DNA of 64,000 nucleotides, from contig CBDDDZ010000002.1 in assembly GCA_965226795.1 (NCBI GenBank), positions 192,001 through 256,000 of the forward strand. Direction: 5' to 3'. The translations under genes were made by a program, and so were the position numbers. The notes under the pieces are model-generated. The model was not told the origin of the DNA. It did not search any database and saw nothing but the letters and a program-made list of their open reading frames with translations. Shown one piece after another: positions 9,734-19,377 of this stretch. The DNA is from Candidatus Latescibacterota bacterium (GTDB lineage Bacteria > Latescibacterota > UBA2968 > GCA-2709665). Positions within the stretch are counted from its first letter, which is position 1; each line of letters opens with the position of its first letter.

Positions 9734-12088
9734 ATGCTCTATTTAATCGATTCGGACGCCAGTTTCCTGGAAATGGTCATTCTGACGCTGCCCCTCGTCC
9801 TGCCCTGCGTGGGAGCGGTGTTCTACCTGGCGACGGACGGCGACGACTCGGGGGTGGGCGGGCGCGCGTCTCCCTGGTGGAGTATCGAGCGCGCGAATGC
9901 CGCACTAAGGCCGGGCGACACTCTGGTCTTTCAGCCGGGGGTCTACGCAGGCACGATTGCGCCGGAGCATAGAGGGGAGCCGGATGCTCCCATCCATTAC
10001 CTGTCTGACGTCAGGCACGGCGCGGTGCTAGCGGGTGGGGGCGGCAATCGGCTGGCGGTGGATCTTCAGGAGAAGCACAATATCCGAATAGAGGACTTCC
10101 GGATTGCGCCCGGGGACGGACGATGGCTGCGCGCCGATGGGTGCGATCGCCTCGCCGTCCAGGGATGTTATATGGAGAAGTCCGGGCATTCGACGCCGCT
10201 GGTGCTGAACGGGTGCGAGCACGTCCGGCTCATCGACAACGTGTTCCGCAAGGACCGCGTTGGTGGCAATATGTGCCAGGTGGTCGAGTGCACGTACGTG
10301 GTGATCGAGGGGAACGCGTTTGCGCGGGTGGGACACTGCCCGCTGCAGATTTCCATGACGAATAACCTCGTGGTACGGTCGAATTGTTTCCACAACCCGT
10401 GGGGGCGCAACTATGAATTCTGGGCTTCAGGGAGGGCGCTGGTCGAGGGAAATATCGTTACCGAGGCGCTCGACAGCGCGCATTCGGCCGACAGCCGGGC
10501 GAAGAATCTGCTGATCGACAGTATCATCCGCTTCAACCGTGTGTATCGCAACCGGCACACGCCGCTCAACTCGTCGAGTTACGTGCCCGTGAATTACGTG
10601 GTGCGTGATCCGTTCCGCTTCGTCAATTCCAGGGTGTACCACAATACGATTGCGGGCAACCTGGGGTACGGTTGGGAGCTTACCGGGATCAACGTGAGCT
10701 CAAATGTGTTTGTAAACAATATCTTCTATCAAAACGACAAGTACGGGGGCAATGTCCAGATTGTGAGGGGAGCGGGAATTGCAGGCGACAACCTGTTTTT
10801 GAACAATGTATTCCGGGGCACGGAAGCCGGACAGCGGGTGGTGCGGTACGGAGATCGGTTCTGGACGGTGCATGAGGCCAACAGGAATTCGGTGGTCCGG
10901 GGACACTGGCGGGAATTCGAGGATAACATAGACGTGGACCCCGGCTTTGTGGATTCCGAAAACCACGATTTTCGCCTGCACGCGAACAGTCCGTGTATCG
11001 ATGCCGGGCGTGCGCTGACGCGGACGAGGCGGAGTGGCAGGGGCCGGGAGGTTCCGGTTGATGACGGCAGATACTTCTACGATGGGTTTGGGATCAGCGG
11101 CGAAACGGGAGACCGGGTTGCCATCGGGACGGGAGATCGGATCGCCCGTATCGAGAAGGTCCTGCTCAACTATTACCAGCCGGACCTGCTCGTCCTGGAC
11201 CGGGAGATGGAATGGAAGGCCGGTGATCCGGTGAGCCTGCCCTGGTCCGGGGAGGCGCCGGATATCGGCGCATACGAGCATGGTCTGCGGGGTTCCAGGC
11301 GGGCGATCGCAAGGGCCGAGCCGGCCGACGCCCAACCCGGGGAGAAAGTGAGGTTTCGTGTCGAGCCCGCGGGCACGGACGTCGCGTCTGTCGAGTGGGA
11401 TTTCGGCGATGGAAGAACCCAGGAGGCGCCCGAAGCGGTACACGTTTATTCGGATTGCGGCCACTATACGCCTCGGGTCCGGGTTCAGTATAAGGGCGGG
11501 CATGAGGGCGTGGACGTGGCATTTGTGAAGGTGGAGCTGCCGGTGGAACCCGCTGCGCCGATGCTGGTGGTCGACTTTGAAGAAGAGACGACGCTGGATT
11601 GGGGGTACCTGTTCAAGATCTACCGCGGAAACCGATTGACAGGGCACGGGTTCGTTAACGGTGGGTTCGGCGGTGGCAGGTGCGTTCGGCTTTTCGCGGA
11701 GGAAGACGGGTCCGACCTGGGCTGTAGTCTCGCTCCCGGGGAATGGGATATCGACACGTACCCGTTCATCCGGTTTGCCTACCGGATCCCGGAGGGCGTG
11801 CCGGTGGGGCTGTGGCTTCAGGCATTTCCCTCGGAAGCGTACGGTGAGGGGATAGTGATTGTGGGGGGTACGTCGTCGCGCAATTGCGGAACATACCCGG
11901 ACACGGACACCTGCGCGTTGCTGGACGACGGCCAGTGGCACCATGCAAAACTTGACGCACGGACGATACGCGAACACCTCAAGGAAGTTTGTTATTTGCG
12001 CCGGTTCCGGTTCTATACACACGGGAATGCGAAAGAAGGACAGCATTTCTGGTTCGACAATTTTGCAATATTGCCGTCTGAAGGCTAG
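9734..12088 (+). CDS. Right-handed parallel beta-helix protein with PKD domain and C-terminal beta-sandwich (putative carbohydrate-active enzyme)
   Basis: FYLATDGDD...PW.SI..A...LRPGDTL...PGVY start, Asn-rich beta-helix repeats, DFRL...SPCIDAG and DIGAYE motifs, and PKD motif WDFGDG...HVY...GHY. Confidence 0.75.
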   Translation: MLYLIDSDASFLEMVILTLPLVLPCVGAVFYLATDGDDSGVGGRASPWWSIERANAALRPGDTLVFQPGVYAGTIAPEHRGEPDAPIHYLSDVRHGAVLAGGGGNRLAVDLQEKHNIRIEDFRIAPGDGRWLRADGCDRLAVQGCYMEKSGHSTPLVLNGCEHVRLIDNVFRKDRVGGNMCQVVECTYVVIEGNAFARVGHCPLQISMTNNLVVRSNCFHNPWGRNYEFWASGRALVEGNIVTEALDSAHSADSRAKNLLIDSIIRFNRVYRNRHTPLNSSSYVPVNYVVRDPFRFVNSRVYHNTIAGNLGYGWELTGINVSSNVFVNNIFYQNDKYGGNVQIVRGAGIAGDNLFLNNVFRGTEAGQRVVRYGDRFWTVHEANRNSVVRGHWREFEDNIDVDPGFVDSENHDFRLHANSPCIDAGRALTRTRRSGRGREVPVDDGRYFYDGFGISGETGDRVAIGTGDRIARIEKVLLNYYQPDLLVLDREMEWKAGDPVSLPWSGEAPDIGAYEHGLRGSRRAIARAEPADAQPGEKVRFRVEPAGTDVASVEWDFGDGRTQEAPEAVHVYSDCGHYTPRVRVQYKGGHEGVDVAFVKVELPVEPAAPMLVVDFEEETTLDWGYLFKIYRGNRLTGHGFVNGGFGGGRCVRLFAEEDGSDLGCSLAPGEWDIDTYPFIRFAYRIPEGVPVGLWLQAFPSEAYGEGIVIVGGTSSRNCGTYPDTDTCALLDDGQWHHAKLDARTIREHLKEVCYLRRFRFYTHGNAKEGQHFWFDNFAILPSEG

Positions 12089-12250
12089 TGTCCCGTCCCA
12101 GAAATATGTTACCATCCATCCGCCGATTCATCCCGTCTCGCTGCGTTGCCTTCGCTCGCTGACCTTGCCCAGGTCGCCTCGCTCAGGCGCCTTGCCAGCC
12201 GGGTGACATAGGCGGCCGGATTTCGGCAATCTATTTCCGGGACAGAACAC
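12088..12250. mobile_element. MITE-like element, copy 1 (163 bp)
   Basis: Terminal inverted repeats GTGTCCCGTCCCAGAAATA / TATTTCCGGGACAGAACAC (16/19 match). A close homologue lies inverted at 34646..34802. No credible ORF. Confidence 0.8.
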
Positions 12251-12285
12251 TCGGACCCCACAGCAAAACGCGGAAGAATACGGAC

Positions 12286-14271
12286 ATGGACCATCACGGG
12301 GTGAAATCCCTTCAGAAGAAGCAAGTCTCGAAATCGAGGGAGGGGATCACCCTCAGGTCGGTGTGCATCGGCGTGCTGGCCGTGGTGGCGATCAACCTGT
12401 GGGTGACCTATGCGGAAACGGTCGTACGCTCGTCCAGGCTCAACCTGAGTTTTTTTCAACTGACGCTGCTGAGCATCTTCATCGCACTTGTGGGCGGAGT
12501 GAACCCGTTGCTCAGGCGGATCCGTCGTGATGCCGTCCTGTCGCCTTCCGAGTTGTTGACGGTGGCGGCAATAGGGATGGTTGGCTCGGTCGTGCCCACG
12601 TCGGGAATCACCGGGTTCCTGGTGGGGGTGATCGGCAGCCCGATCTATTTCGAAACGCCTGAGAACAGGTGGGCCGAGTACTATCACCCGCATCTCAAAT
12701 CATGGATGGTGCCAACGGACAGCGGCGCCCTGCGGGCTTTCTTCGAGGGTGGCGCGGCAGGCGTACAGCCCTGGAAGACGTGGCTGGCGCCGCTTGCCTG
12801 GTGGGGCAGCCTGGTGGCCGCCCTCCTCGTGGGCTCTGCGTGCACGATGGTCATTCTGCGGAGGCAATGGGCCGAGCACGAAAAGCTGGTTTATCCCCTC
12901 GCGGCCGTGCCTATCGAGATGGCGGAAGGGGCGTCGTCCCGAAGCGCGCTGCCGGATTTCATGAGGGGCCGGCTCTTCTGGTTCGGAGCGGCCCTGGCGT
13001 TCGGGCTGTTCGCCTGGCACGCGACGTCCTGGTTCTTTCACGGGATGCCCGGCATCCGGTTCTTTCCACACGGGGGTTACTTTCGCTTCACGCGCTACTC
13101 CCCCGGCGTCTATATCCAGCCCCTGCAGTTCTACACCATCGGCTTCGCATATTTCGCCAACCTGCAGGTACTGTTCAGCGTCTGGTTCTTTTTCCTGGTG
13201 CACGTGGTTGAGGGCGGCATCTTCAACCGCCTGGGGTATCAGATCGAACGGTCCACGGATACCTTCAGTGCGGATCCCCCCACCGAGGCGTGGCAGTGCT
13301 TCGGCGCGCTGGCCTGTCTTGTCGCGTGGCGCCTCTGGGTAGCACGCGCCCACCTGCGGGACGTTTTCCTCAAGGCGCTGCGGGCGGACCATCCGTTGGA
13401 CGACGGCCGGGAGGTCCTTTCGTACAGGTCATCGGTCCTGGGCCTGTTATTAAGCGCGATATACGCGCTGTTCTGGCTTCAGCGATCCGGTATGGACGCG
13501 ATCTCGGCCGTGATGTTCCTGTTTGCCCTGGGTATTATCTATATCGGTCTGGCGCGTGTTGTTTCGGAGGCGGGGGTGGCCTATGCCCAGGGCACGGTGA
13601 CGCCGCAGGCCTTCGTAATGGACCTGCGGGGCACCTACGGACTTTCCGGTGCCTGCCTCACCTCCCTTGCGCTATCCTACGCGCTGATCGACTATATGCG
13701 CGGGCTCTTCACGCCGGGTCTGGCGCAGGCGGTGCGCCTGGGGGACCGCATCCGGGGCAACCGGCGCCTCCTGCTGTTCTACGTGACCGTGGGCGTGTTC
13801 GCCGGGCTCGTCACATCGGTCTGGTTTACACTCTACCTGGGCCATACGCACGGCGCCTACAACTTCTCGCGTCTGTTTTTCAACGGAAATCCAAAGGCGG
13901 TCTTCTCGACCACGCTGGGACAGATGCGCACGCCGGGGCCGCCCGAGTTGAGCCGGGTATTGTTCTTCGGGATCGGCGCCAGCCTGATGGGGGCGCTCAC
14001 GTTTCTGCGGTATCGGTTCTCCTGGTGGCCGATCCATCCCATCGGTCTGGCGGTTGCCGCCGCGGACAACGTGTACAGCCTGGCCATGCCGGTTTTCATG
14101 GCGTGGGCCGCGAAGACGGTCGTCATGCGGGTGGGCGGGGTTGCCCTCTACCGTCGGTCCAAGCCGCTGTTCCTGGGTTTGCTGGTGGGATATACGGCGG
14201 GCGTGGTGCTTGCCTTTACCGTCGACGCCGTGTGGTTTCCCGGGCAGGGACACCAGGTGCACTGGTGGTAG
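12286..14271 (+). CDS. DUF6785/DUF6784-like polytopic membrane protein (putative transporter)
   Basis: Many hydrophobic segments. Motifs YF.TPEN.W, ILRRQW...EKL.YPL, WWPIHPIG, GG..LYRR..P.FLGL..G and C-terminal WFPGQGH. Confidence 0.75.
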   Translation: MDHHGVKSLQKKQVSKSREGITLRSVCIGVLAVVAINLWVTYAETVVRSSRLNLSFFQLTLLSIFIALVGGVNPLLRRIRRDAVLSPSELLTVAAIGMVGSVVPTSGITGFLVGVIGSPIYFETPENRWAEYYHPHLKSWMVPTDSGALRAFFEGGAAGVQPWKTWLAPLAWWGSLVAALLVGSACTMVILRRQWAEHEKLVYPLAAVPIEMAEGASSRSALPDFMRGRLFWFGAALAFGLFAWHATSWFFHGMPGIRFFPHGGYFRFTRYSPGVYIQPLQFYTIGFAYFANLQVLFSVWFFFLVHVVEGGIFNRLGYQIERSTDTFSADPPTEAWQCFGALACLVAWRLWVARAHLRDVFLKALRADHPLDDGREVLSYRSSVLGLLLSAIYALFWLQRSGMDAISAVMFLFALGIIYIGLARVVSEAGVAYAQGTVTPQAFVMDLRGTYGLSGACLTSLALSYALIDYMRGLFTPGLAQAVRLGDRIRGNRRLLLFYVTVGVFAGLVTSVWFTLYLGHTHGAYNFSRLFFNGNPKAVFSTTLGQMRTPGPPELSRVLFFGIGASLMGALTFLRYRFSWWPIHPIGLAVAAADNVYSLAMPVFMAWAAKTVVMRVGGVALYRRSKPLFLGLLVGYTAGVVLAFTVDAVWFPGQGHQVHWW

Positions 14272-14392
14272 TCGGGAACGGTCGCCGCATTGCCGCTGGT
14301 CGTACCCGGCGATACTCCGTTGCCCGCGCAAGCCGAATGAGCCGTCACGCGCTCCTGAATTTCCCATCTGAAACACATTCGAAACGATATCC

Positions 14393-16363
14393 ATGGAATC
14401 GTCGCCGATACATGCCGCGGAGCCACTGATTGGAAGTCCGCGGAATCCGCGATCCGGAGTCACGCCGAGGTCGGTGGGCATTGGCCTGCTGATGGTAGTC
14501 TTCGTCAATTCCTGGATACTCTACTCGCTGTACCTGATCCGGGCTTCGTGGCTGCAGGTGACCCACTTTCCCATGGGGCTGTTCGTGCCCCTGATGCTCC
14601 TTGCGCTACTGGTCAATCCAGCGCTGAGGGCGGTCCGGCGGGGAACGGGTCTTTCCCGGTCGGAGGTCCTGGTGGTCGGGGCGATGGGGTTGACGGGCGC
14701 CGTGGTGCCCGGTTTCAGTCTGATGACGACATTGCTGGGCACGATCTCCGTTCCGTACTACCTTGCGACGCCCGAAAACCAGTGGGGCGCCTTTTTTCAT
14801 CTGCACATGCCGGACTGGATCGCGCCGTCGAACCGCGGCGGCACGATGCGGATGTTGTTCGAAGGCCTCCCGTCGAAGGACGTGCCGATTCCCTGGGCCG
14901 CATGGGCGGGGCCGTTGAGCTGGTGGATGGCCCTGGTGGGCGCTCTTGCCTTCGCTTCGATGTGCCTGATGGTAATCCTTCGGCGCCAGTGGGTCGAGTA
15001 CGAACGCCTGGTGTACCCGCTCGCCCAGGTAGTTGCGGATATGGCCGGGGACGCGCGTGACGGGGGTTCGTTTCCCGGGTTCATGCGGACACGGGCGTTC
15101 AAGTTCGGTTTTGGCGCGGCCACGCTGGTGATGACCTGGAATATGATGTCGCATTTTGCGCCGGGTTTTCCCGAGATACCTCTCGGCATCCCGTCACGAT
15201 GGACCACTTTTTTCAAGGGATTTCCTGCGCTCCATACGACCATCAATTTCTACACGATCGGGTTTGCGTATCTGGCGAATCTGGACGTGCTCTTCAGTAT
15301 CTGGTTTTTTCACTTTATGGCCATGTGGGAGGTCTTTATTTTCGGTAGGCTGGGCGTTGGCGGGATCTCCGGACGGTCGGCCGTATCGTGGCAGAGCTTC
15401 GGCGCGTTATTCGCCCTGGTGGGTTGGGGGCTGTGGACCGCCCGGAAGCACCTCCGGCAGGTCATCAGGGAGGCGCTGCATCCTTCCCGCCAGGATGCAG
15501 AGGAGATCCTGTCCTACCGCACGGCCGCGGCCGGCGTGGTGTTGAGCCTGATCTTTATCGTTGCATGGTTTCATAGTTCGGGCATGGGCCTGCTTCTTTC
15601 AGCAGTGCTCGTGCTCCTCTTTTTTGTGACCTACGTGGGCGTGGCTCGTGTGGTTGCGCAGTCGGGCCTGTTGTACGTCAGTTCCCCGATGTTTCCACAA
15701 AGCGCGATTCTGAACGCCATCGGTCCAGCGGAGATCCCCGGGCGGGCGATGACGGCCCTGGCCTTTTCGTTCGCCCTGCGCAACGACGGCCGGGGGCTCT
15801 TTATGCCCGCATTGGCGCATGTCGTGAAAATCGGTGACCTGATCGGCAGGGACCGGCGACGGCTGGGGTTGGCCGTGGCGCTGGGCATGGCAGGGGCGGT
15901 GGCGACGTCTGTCGGCCTGACCCTCTACTGGGGGTATACGATCGGCGCGTATAATTTCGGGAGCATCGCGCTGCTGCGGCGAACGGCGCCCACGTTCAAT
16001 TCATTTGTGGGCATGATGTCCAGCCCGGATCCGGTGAAATCCGAGGTGTTCGGATATTTCGGGGCCGGCTTTGCCGCGATGCTTCTGCTTACCTTCCTGC
16101 GATACCGCCTGCCGTGGTGGCCGCTACACCCCATGGGGCTGGCCGTTACGTGGTCGGGAATGACGGTACATTCCGTGCTCTCGGTGTTTCTTGCCTGGGC
16201 GGTCAAGGGTATCGTTCTGAAGGCGGGCGGCGTTTTTCTGTACCGTCGGTCAATACCGTTTTTCCTGGGCTTGATGATTGGTTATGCGTTGAACGTCGGG
16301 GTTTCGTTCCTGCTGGACGTCACCTATTTCGGCGGAGAAGGGCACGGGGTACATGCGTATTGA
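14393..16363 (+). CDS. DUF6785/DUF6784-like membrane protein, paralog 2
   Basis: Same motifs: ATPENQW, ILRRQWVEYERLVYPL, WWPLHPMG, GEGHGVHAY. Confidence 0.75.
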   Translation: MESSPIHAAEPLIGSPRNPRSGVTPRSVGIGLLMVVFVNSWILYSLYLIRASWLQVTHFPMGLFVPLMLLALLVNPALRAVRRGTGLSRSEVLVVGAMGLTGAVVPGFSLMTTLLGTISVPYYLATPENQWGAFFHLHMPDWIAPSNRGGTMRMLFEGLPSKDVPIPWAAWAGPLSWWMALVGALAFASMCLMVILRRQWVEYERLVYPLAQVVADMAGDARDGGSFPGFMRTRAFKFGFGAATLVMTWNMMSHFAPGFPEIPLGIPSRWTTFFKGFPALHTTINFYTIGFAYLANLDVLFSIWFFHFMAMWEVFIFGRLGVGGISGRSAVSWQSFGALFALVGWGLWTARKHLRQVIREALHPSRQDAEEILSYRTAAAGVVLSLIFIVAWFHSSGMGLLLSAVLVLLFFVTYVGVARVVAQSGLLYVSSPMFPQSAILNAIGPAEIPGRAMTALAFSFALRNDGRGLFMPALAHVVKIGDLIGRDRRRLGLAVALGMAGAVATSVGLTLYWGYTIGAYNFGSIALLRRTAPTFNSFVGMMSSPDPVKSEVFGYFGAGFAAMLLLTFLRYRLPWWPLHPMGLAVTWSGMTVHSVLSVFLAWAVKGIVLKAGGVFLYRRSIPFFLGLMIGYALNVGVSFLLDVTYFGGEGHGVHAY

Positions 16364-16382
16364 CAGGCGGGGAAAGCTTAAA

Positions 16383-17636
16383 ATGCGGATGGGTCTGGGG
16401 ATTTCCGTGGCTTTGTTATTCGGCTCTCTTCTAACCGCGTGTGACGGGACCGATGACGGATCGTCCGGTGATACGGTGAAGCTGAGAATCGCCTGGATGG
16501 GGCCGGAACGGGAAGCGTTCCGGGCGTGGAAAAAGGGATTTGAAGAGGAACATCCCGATGTGGAGATCGAGCAGCGGTTTATCCCGTACGATCAGGGTCC
16601 AACCGTCTATAATACCATGATACAGGGGGGAAATCTGCCGGATCTGGGATATCTGTTTATGGGGATGATTTCGGAGTATGCGGAGCGGGGGGTGCTGGAG
16701 CCGCTGGACGGATATATGACGGATGCCGAACGGGACGAGTGGATTGCCGCGGCGCTGAGCGCGGGCAAATACAGGGGAAAGATGTACGGCGTGCCGTTGT
16801 GGGGGGCAAACCGGGTTCTGTACGTGCGCAAGGATTGGATGGACGAGGAAGGGATGACCGGCCAGCCGGATACGTGGGAGGCGGTCCGGGAACTGGCAAT
16901 AAAGTTGAACAAGCCGCCCGAGCGCTACGGGATCTGCGTTGGCGCGGGACGGCCGAAACACCTGATGCAGGAACAGATCGCAATGATGTGGGGCTTCGGA
17001 GCCGATTTTTTCGACGGGGACGGAAAGCTGGCAATTAACAGCCCCGAAGCGGTGGCGTACGTGAAGTTTCTCACGGATATGCACCTGGTGGACAGGGTCA
17101 TGCCGCCGGGCATCCTGAATCTGAACGCGGATGACTGTTATGCCGTGATGGATGCAGGCAAGGCAGGGCTGACGTTCAGCGGGCCGTGGCAGTACAAGCG
17201 GTGTCAGGATGCCGGGATTGCGTGCGAGCCGCTGACGATGCCCGCGGGCAGGGACCGGAAGATGCTATTGATTCTGGATATCATCTCCGTGTTTTCCACG
17301 TCCAAGCAAAAGGATCTGGCGTATGAGTTCATCCGCTTTACGCAGCGGCCGGAGAATCGGGCGCTGATGGACGTGGAGAACGGGGGCGTGCCGGTGACCG
17401 GGACCGTGTCGGAGCACGCCTATTACAGGACGGTGCCGATCCGGAACTACCTGGCGCAGGTGGACCTGATCAAGCTCACGCCGCAGCACCCGGAATGGAC
17501 GAAGATCCAGGACGGATGGGGGGAGGCGATTCAGATGGTGCTGGCGGGTACGGCGTCTCCCCGGGAGGCGCTTGATATGGTTTATGCACGTCTGATGAGA
17601 GAGCTGGAAGACACGACGCTACCCCGCGGGGAGTGA
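16383..17636 (+). CDS. Sugar ABC transporter substrate-binding lipoprotein (CUT1 family)
   Basis: Lipobox LLTAC, FEEEHPDVEIE, GKMYGVP...LYVRKD. Start set at ATG 16383 because of the signal peptide. Confidence 0.85.
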   Translation: MRMGLGISVALLFGSLLTACDGTDDGSSGDTVKLRIAWMGPEREAFRAWKKGFEEEHPDVEIEQRFIPYDQGPTVYNTMIQGGNLPDLGYLFMGMISEYAERGVLEPLDGYMTDAERDEWIAAALSAGKYRGKMYGVPLWGANRVLYVRKDWMDEEGMTGQPDTWEAVRELAIKLNKPPERYGICVGAGRPKHLMQEQIAMMWGFGADFFDGDGKLAINSPEAVAYVKFLTDMHLVDRVMPPGILNLNADDCYAVMDAGKAGLTFSGPWQYKRCQDAGIACEPLTMPAGRDRKMLLILDIISVFSTSKQKDLAYEFIRFTQRPENRALMDVENGGVPVTGTVSEHAYYRTVPIRNYLAQVDLIKLTPQHPEWTKIQDGWGEAIQMVLAGTASPREALDMVYARLMRELEDTTLPRGE

Positions 17637-17645
17637 GGAGGCCGC

Positions 17646-18512
17646 ATCGAGCGGGAGAAACGCAGGCTGGCGTACCTTTATATTGCTCCGGCGGCCCTGT
17701 GGCTGCTTCTGTTTATGGGGTTTCCCATTCTGGATGTGATGGGAACGAGTCTCTATCACACGTCCTATAAAGGAGAGACGTTTGTTGGGTTGGGGAATTA
17801 CCTGGGGCTTGTGGCGGACGATCTGTTTTGGCTGGTGCTGAAGAATACCGCGTTGTGGACGGCGCTGGCGGTGACGATGAATGTGGGGCTGGGGCTGGGC
17901 GTGGCGCTGCTGTTGAGCCGGGGGTCGGCTTTCAGCGAATGGGTCCGGGGCCTGCTAATCCTCGCCTGGGCTACGCCGCTGGTCGTGGCGGCAATCACCT
18001 GGAAATGGATGTACAACGGCGAGTACGGGCATTTGAATTCGCTCCTGCTCGGCCTTCACATTATCGACACCCCGGTTCAATGGCTGACGGATGCTTCAAC
18101 GGCTTTCGCCGGGGCGCTGGTGGCGCGGTTGTGGACCGCCCTACCGTTTACGACGTTCGCGTTTCTGTCGGCACTGCAGGCGATCCCTGTGGATCTGTAT
18201 GAAGCGTCTATGATCGACGGGGCCACGGGACTCAGGCGATTCCGGCATATCACGCTGCCGCTGCTGCGACCTGTCACGCTGGCGGTCTTGCTGGTCAGCG
18301 TTATCTGGTCGTTCAACAGCTTTGTATTTATCTACGTGATTACGGCGGGAGGGCCGGCAAACCAGACCCAGATTATGGTTACCGAAATCTACCGGCGGGC
18401 GTTCGGTTATTTCAACTTCGGGCAGGCCAGCACGTTGACCGTTCTGACATTTTTTCTGCTGCTTGCGATCAGTATTCTCCAGTGGCGCGTGCTATACAGG
18501 AGGGAGATATAG
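17646..18512 (+). CDS. Sugar ABC permease (MalF/UgpA-like)
   Basis: EAA-loop motif LYEASMIDGA...FRHITLPLLRP and FVGLGNY. A typical N-terminus (REKRRLAYLYIAPA) lies in frame upstream of the ATG at 17715. The start is uncertain; ATC 17646 follows AGGAGG. Confidence 0.85.
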   Translation: MEREKRRLAYLYIAPAALWLLLFMGFPILDVMGTSLYHTSYKGETFVGLGNYLGLVADDLFWLVLKNTALWTALAVTMNVGLGLGVALLLSRGSAFSEWVRGLLILAWATPLVVAAITWKWMYNGEYGHLNSLLLGLHIIDTPVQWLTDASTAFAGALVARLWTALPFTTFAFLSALQAIPVDLYEASMIDGATGLRRFRHITLPLLRPVTLAVLLVSVIWSFNSFVFIYVITAGGPANQTQIMVTEIYRRAFGYFNFGQASTLTVLTFFLLLAISILQWRVLYRREI

Positions 18513-18514
18513 CC

Positions 18515-19351
18515 GTGGGACCGATCCGTGCGCGGCCTGTCGACGGTTTGAAGGCGCTCCTGATGGTGGGCGTAGCCTCTTTCGCGCTGTTTCCGTTTCT
18601 GGTTGTCGTGGGAACCTCTCTGAAGACGCTGAGCGAGGTGTTTCAATCGCCGGCGACGCTTGTGCCGCGACTTATCGTGTGGCAGAATTACCTGGACATT
18701 TTCGTCCGGATTCCCATGACGCGCCATCTGGTGAACAGTTTGATTATTGCCACGGGAACGACGGTTCTGAACATCACGACCGCGGCACCGGCGGCCTATG
18801 CCATGGCCCGCATCAGGTTCCGGGGGCGCGGGGTGTTCGGCCTGGGTATCCTTGTGATGCAGATGTTTTCACCCGTGATCGTCCTGATACCCCTTTTCAA
18901 GGTGATGAAGGCGCTCAATCTGCTTGATACATACAGTGGCCTGATTCTGGTGAATACCGCCGTCACCCTGCCGTTCTCGATCTGGTTGTTGACCGGGTTT
19001 TTTAAACGTATTCCCGAAGAACTGGAAGATGCCGCGATGATCGACGGCCTCTCCAGGACGGGGATGCTGTTCAGGATCGCCCTCCCGCTGACGGGGCCGG
19101 GACTGGTAACGACCGCCATCTTTACGTTCATAACCGCCTGGAACGAGTTCATCTTCGCCCTGGTGCTGGTTTCCAGACGGGAGATGCAGCCGATTACAAT
19201 GGCGCTCTATTCGTGGGAGAAGAACAATGTGGTAGAATGGAACTATCTGATGGCAACCGCTGTCGTGGCGACCATTCCCACCGTGCTGCTGTTTCTGCTG
19301 GTCCGGAAGCGGCTGACGGCAGGACTGATGTCGGGCGCGGTGAAGTCGTAA
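18515..19351 (+). CDS. Sugar ABC permease (MalG/UgpE-like)
   Basis: IPEELEDAAMIDG, FITAWNEF and C-terminal GLMSGAVKS. GTG start placed after the upstream stop. Confidence 0.9.
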   Translation: MGPIRARPVDGLKALLMVGVASFALFPFLVVVGTSLKTLSEVFQSPATLVPRLIVWQNYLDIFVRIPMTRHLVNSLIIATGTTVLNITTAAPAAYAMARIRFRGRGVFGLGILVMQMFSPVIVLIPLFKVMKALNLLDTYSGLILVNTAVTLPFSIWLLTGFFKRIPEELEDAAMIDGLSRTGMLFRIALPLTGPGLVTTAIFTFITAWNEFIFALVLVSRREMQPITMALYSWEKNNVVEWNYLMATAVVATIPTVLLFLLVRKRLTAGLMSGAVKS

Positions 19352-19377
19352 GCGCGTTGTGCCCGAATATCCGGTGG

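Noticed and set aside
17634..17636. TGA between the binding protein and permease as a selenocysteine codon
   Set aside because: No redox motif or evident SECIS; the binding protein is complete and an RBS overlaps the stop.
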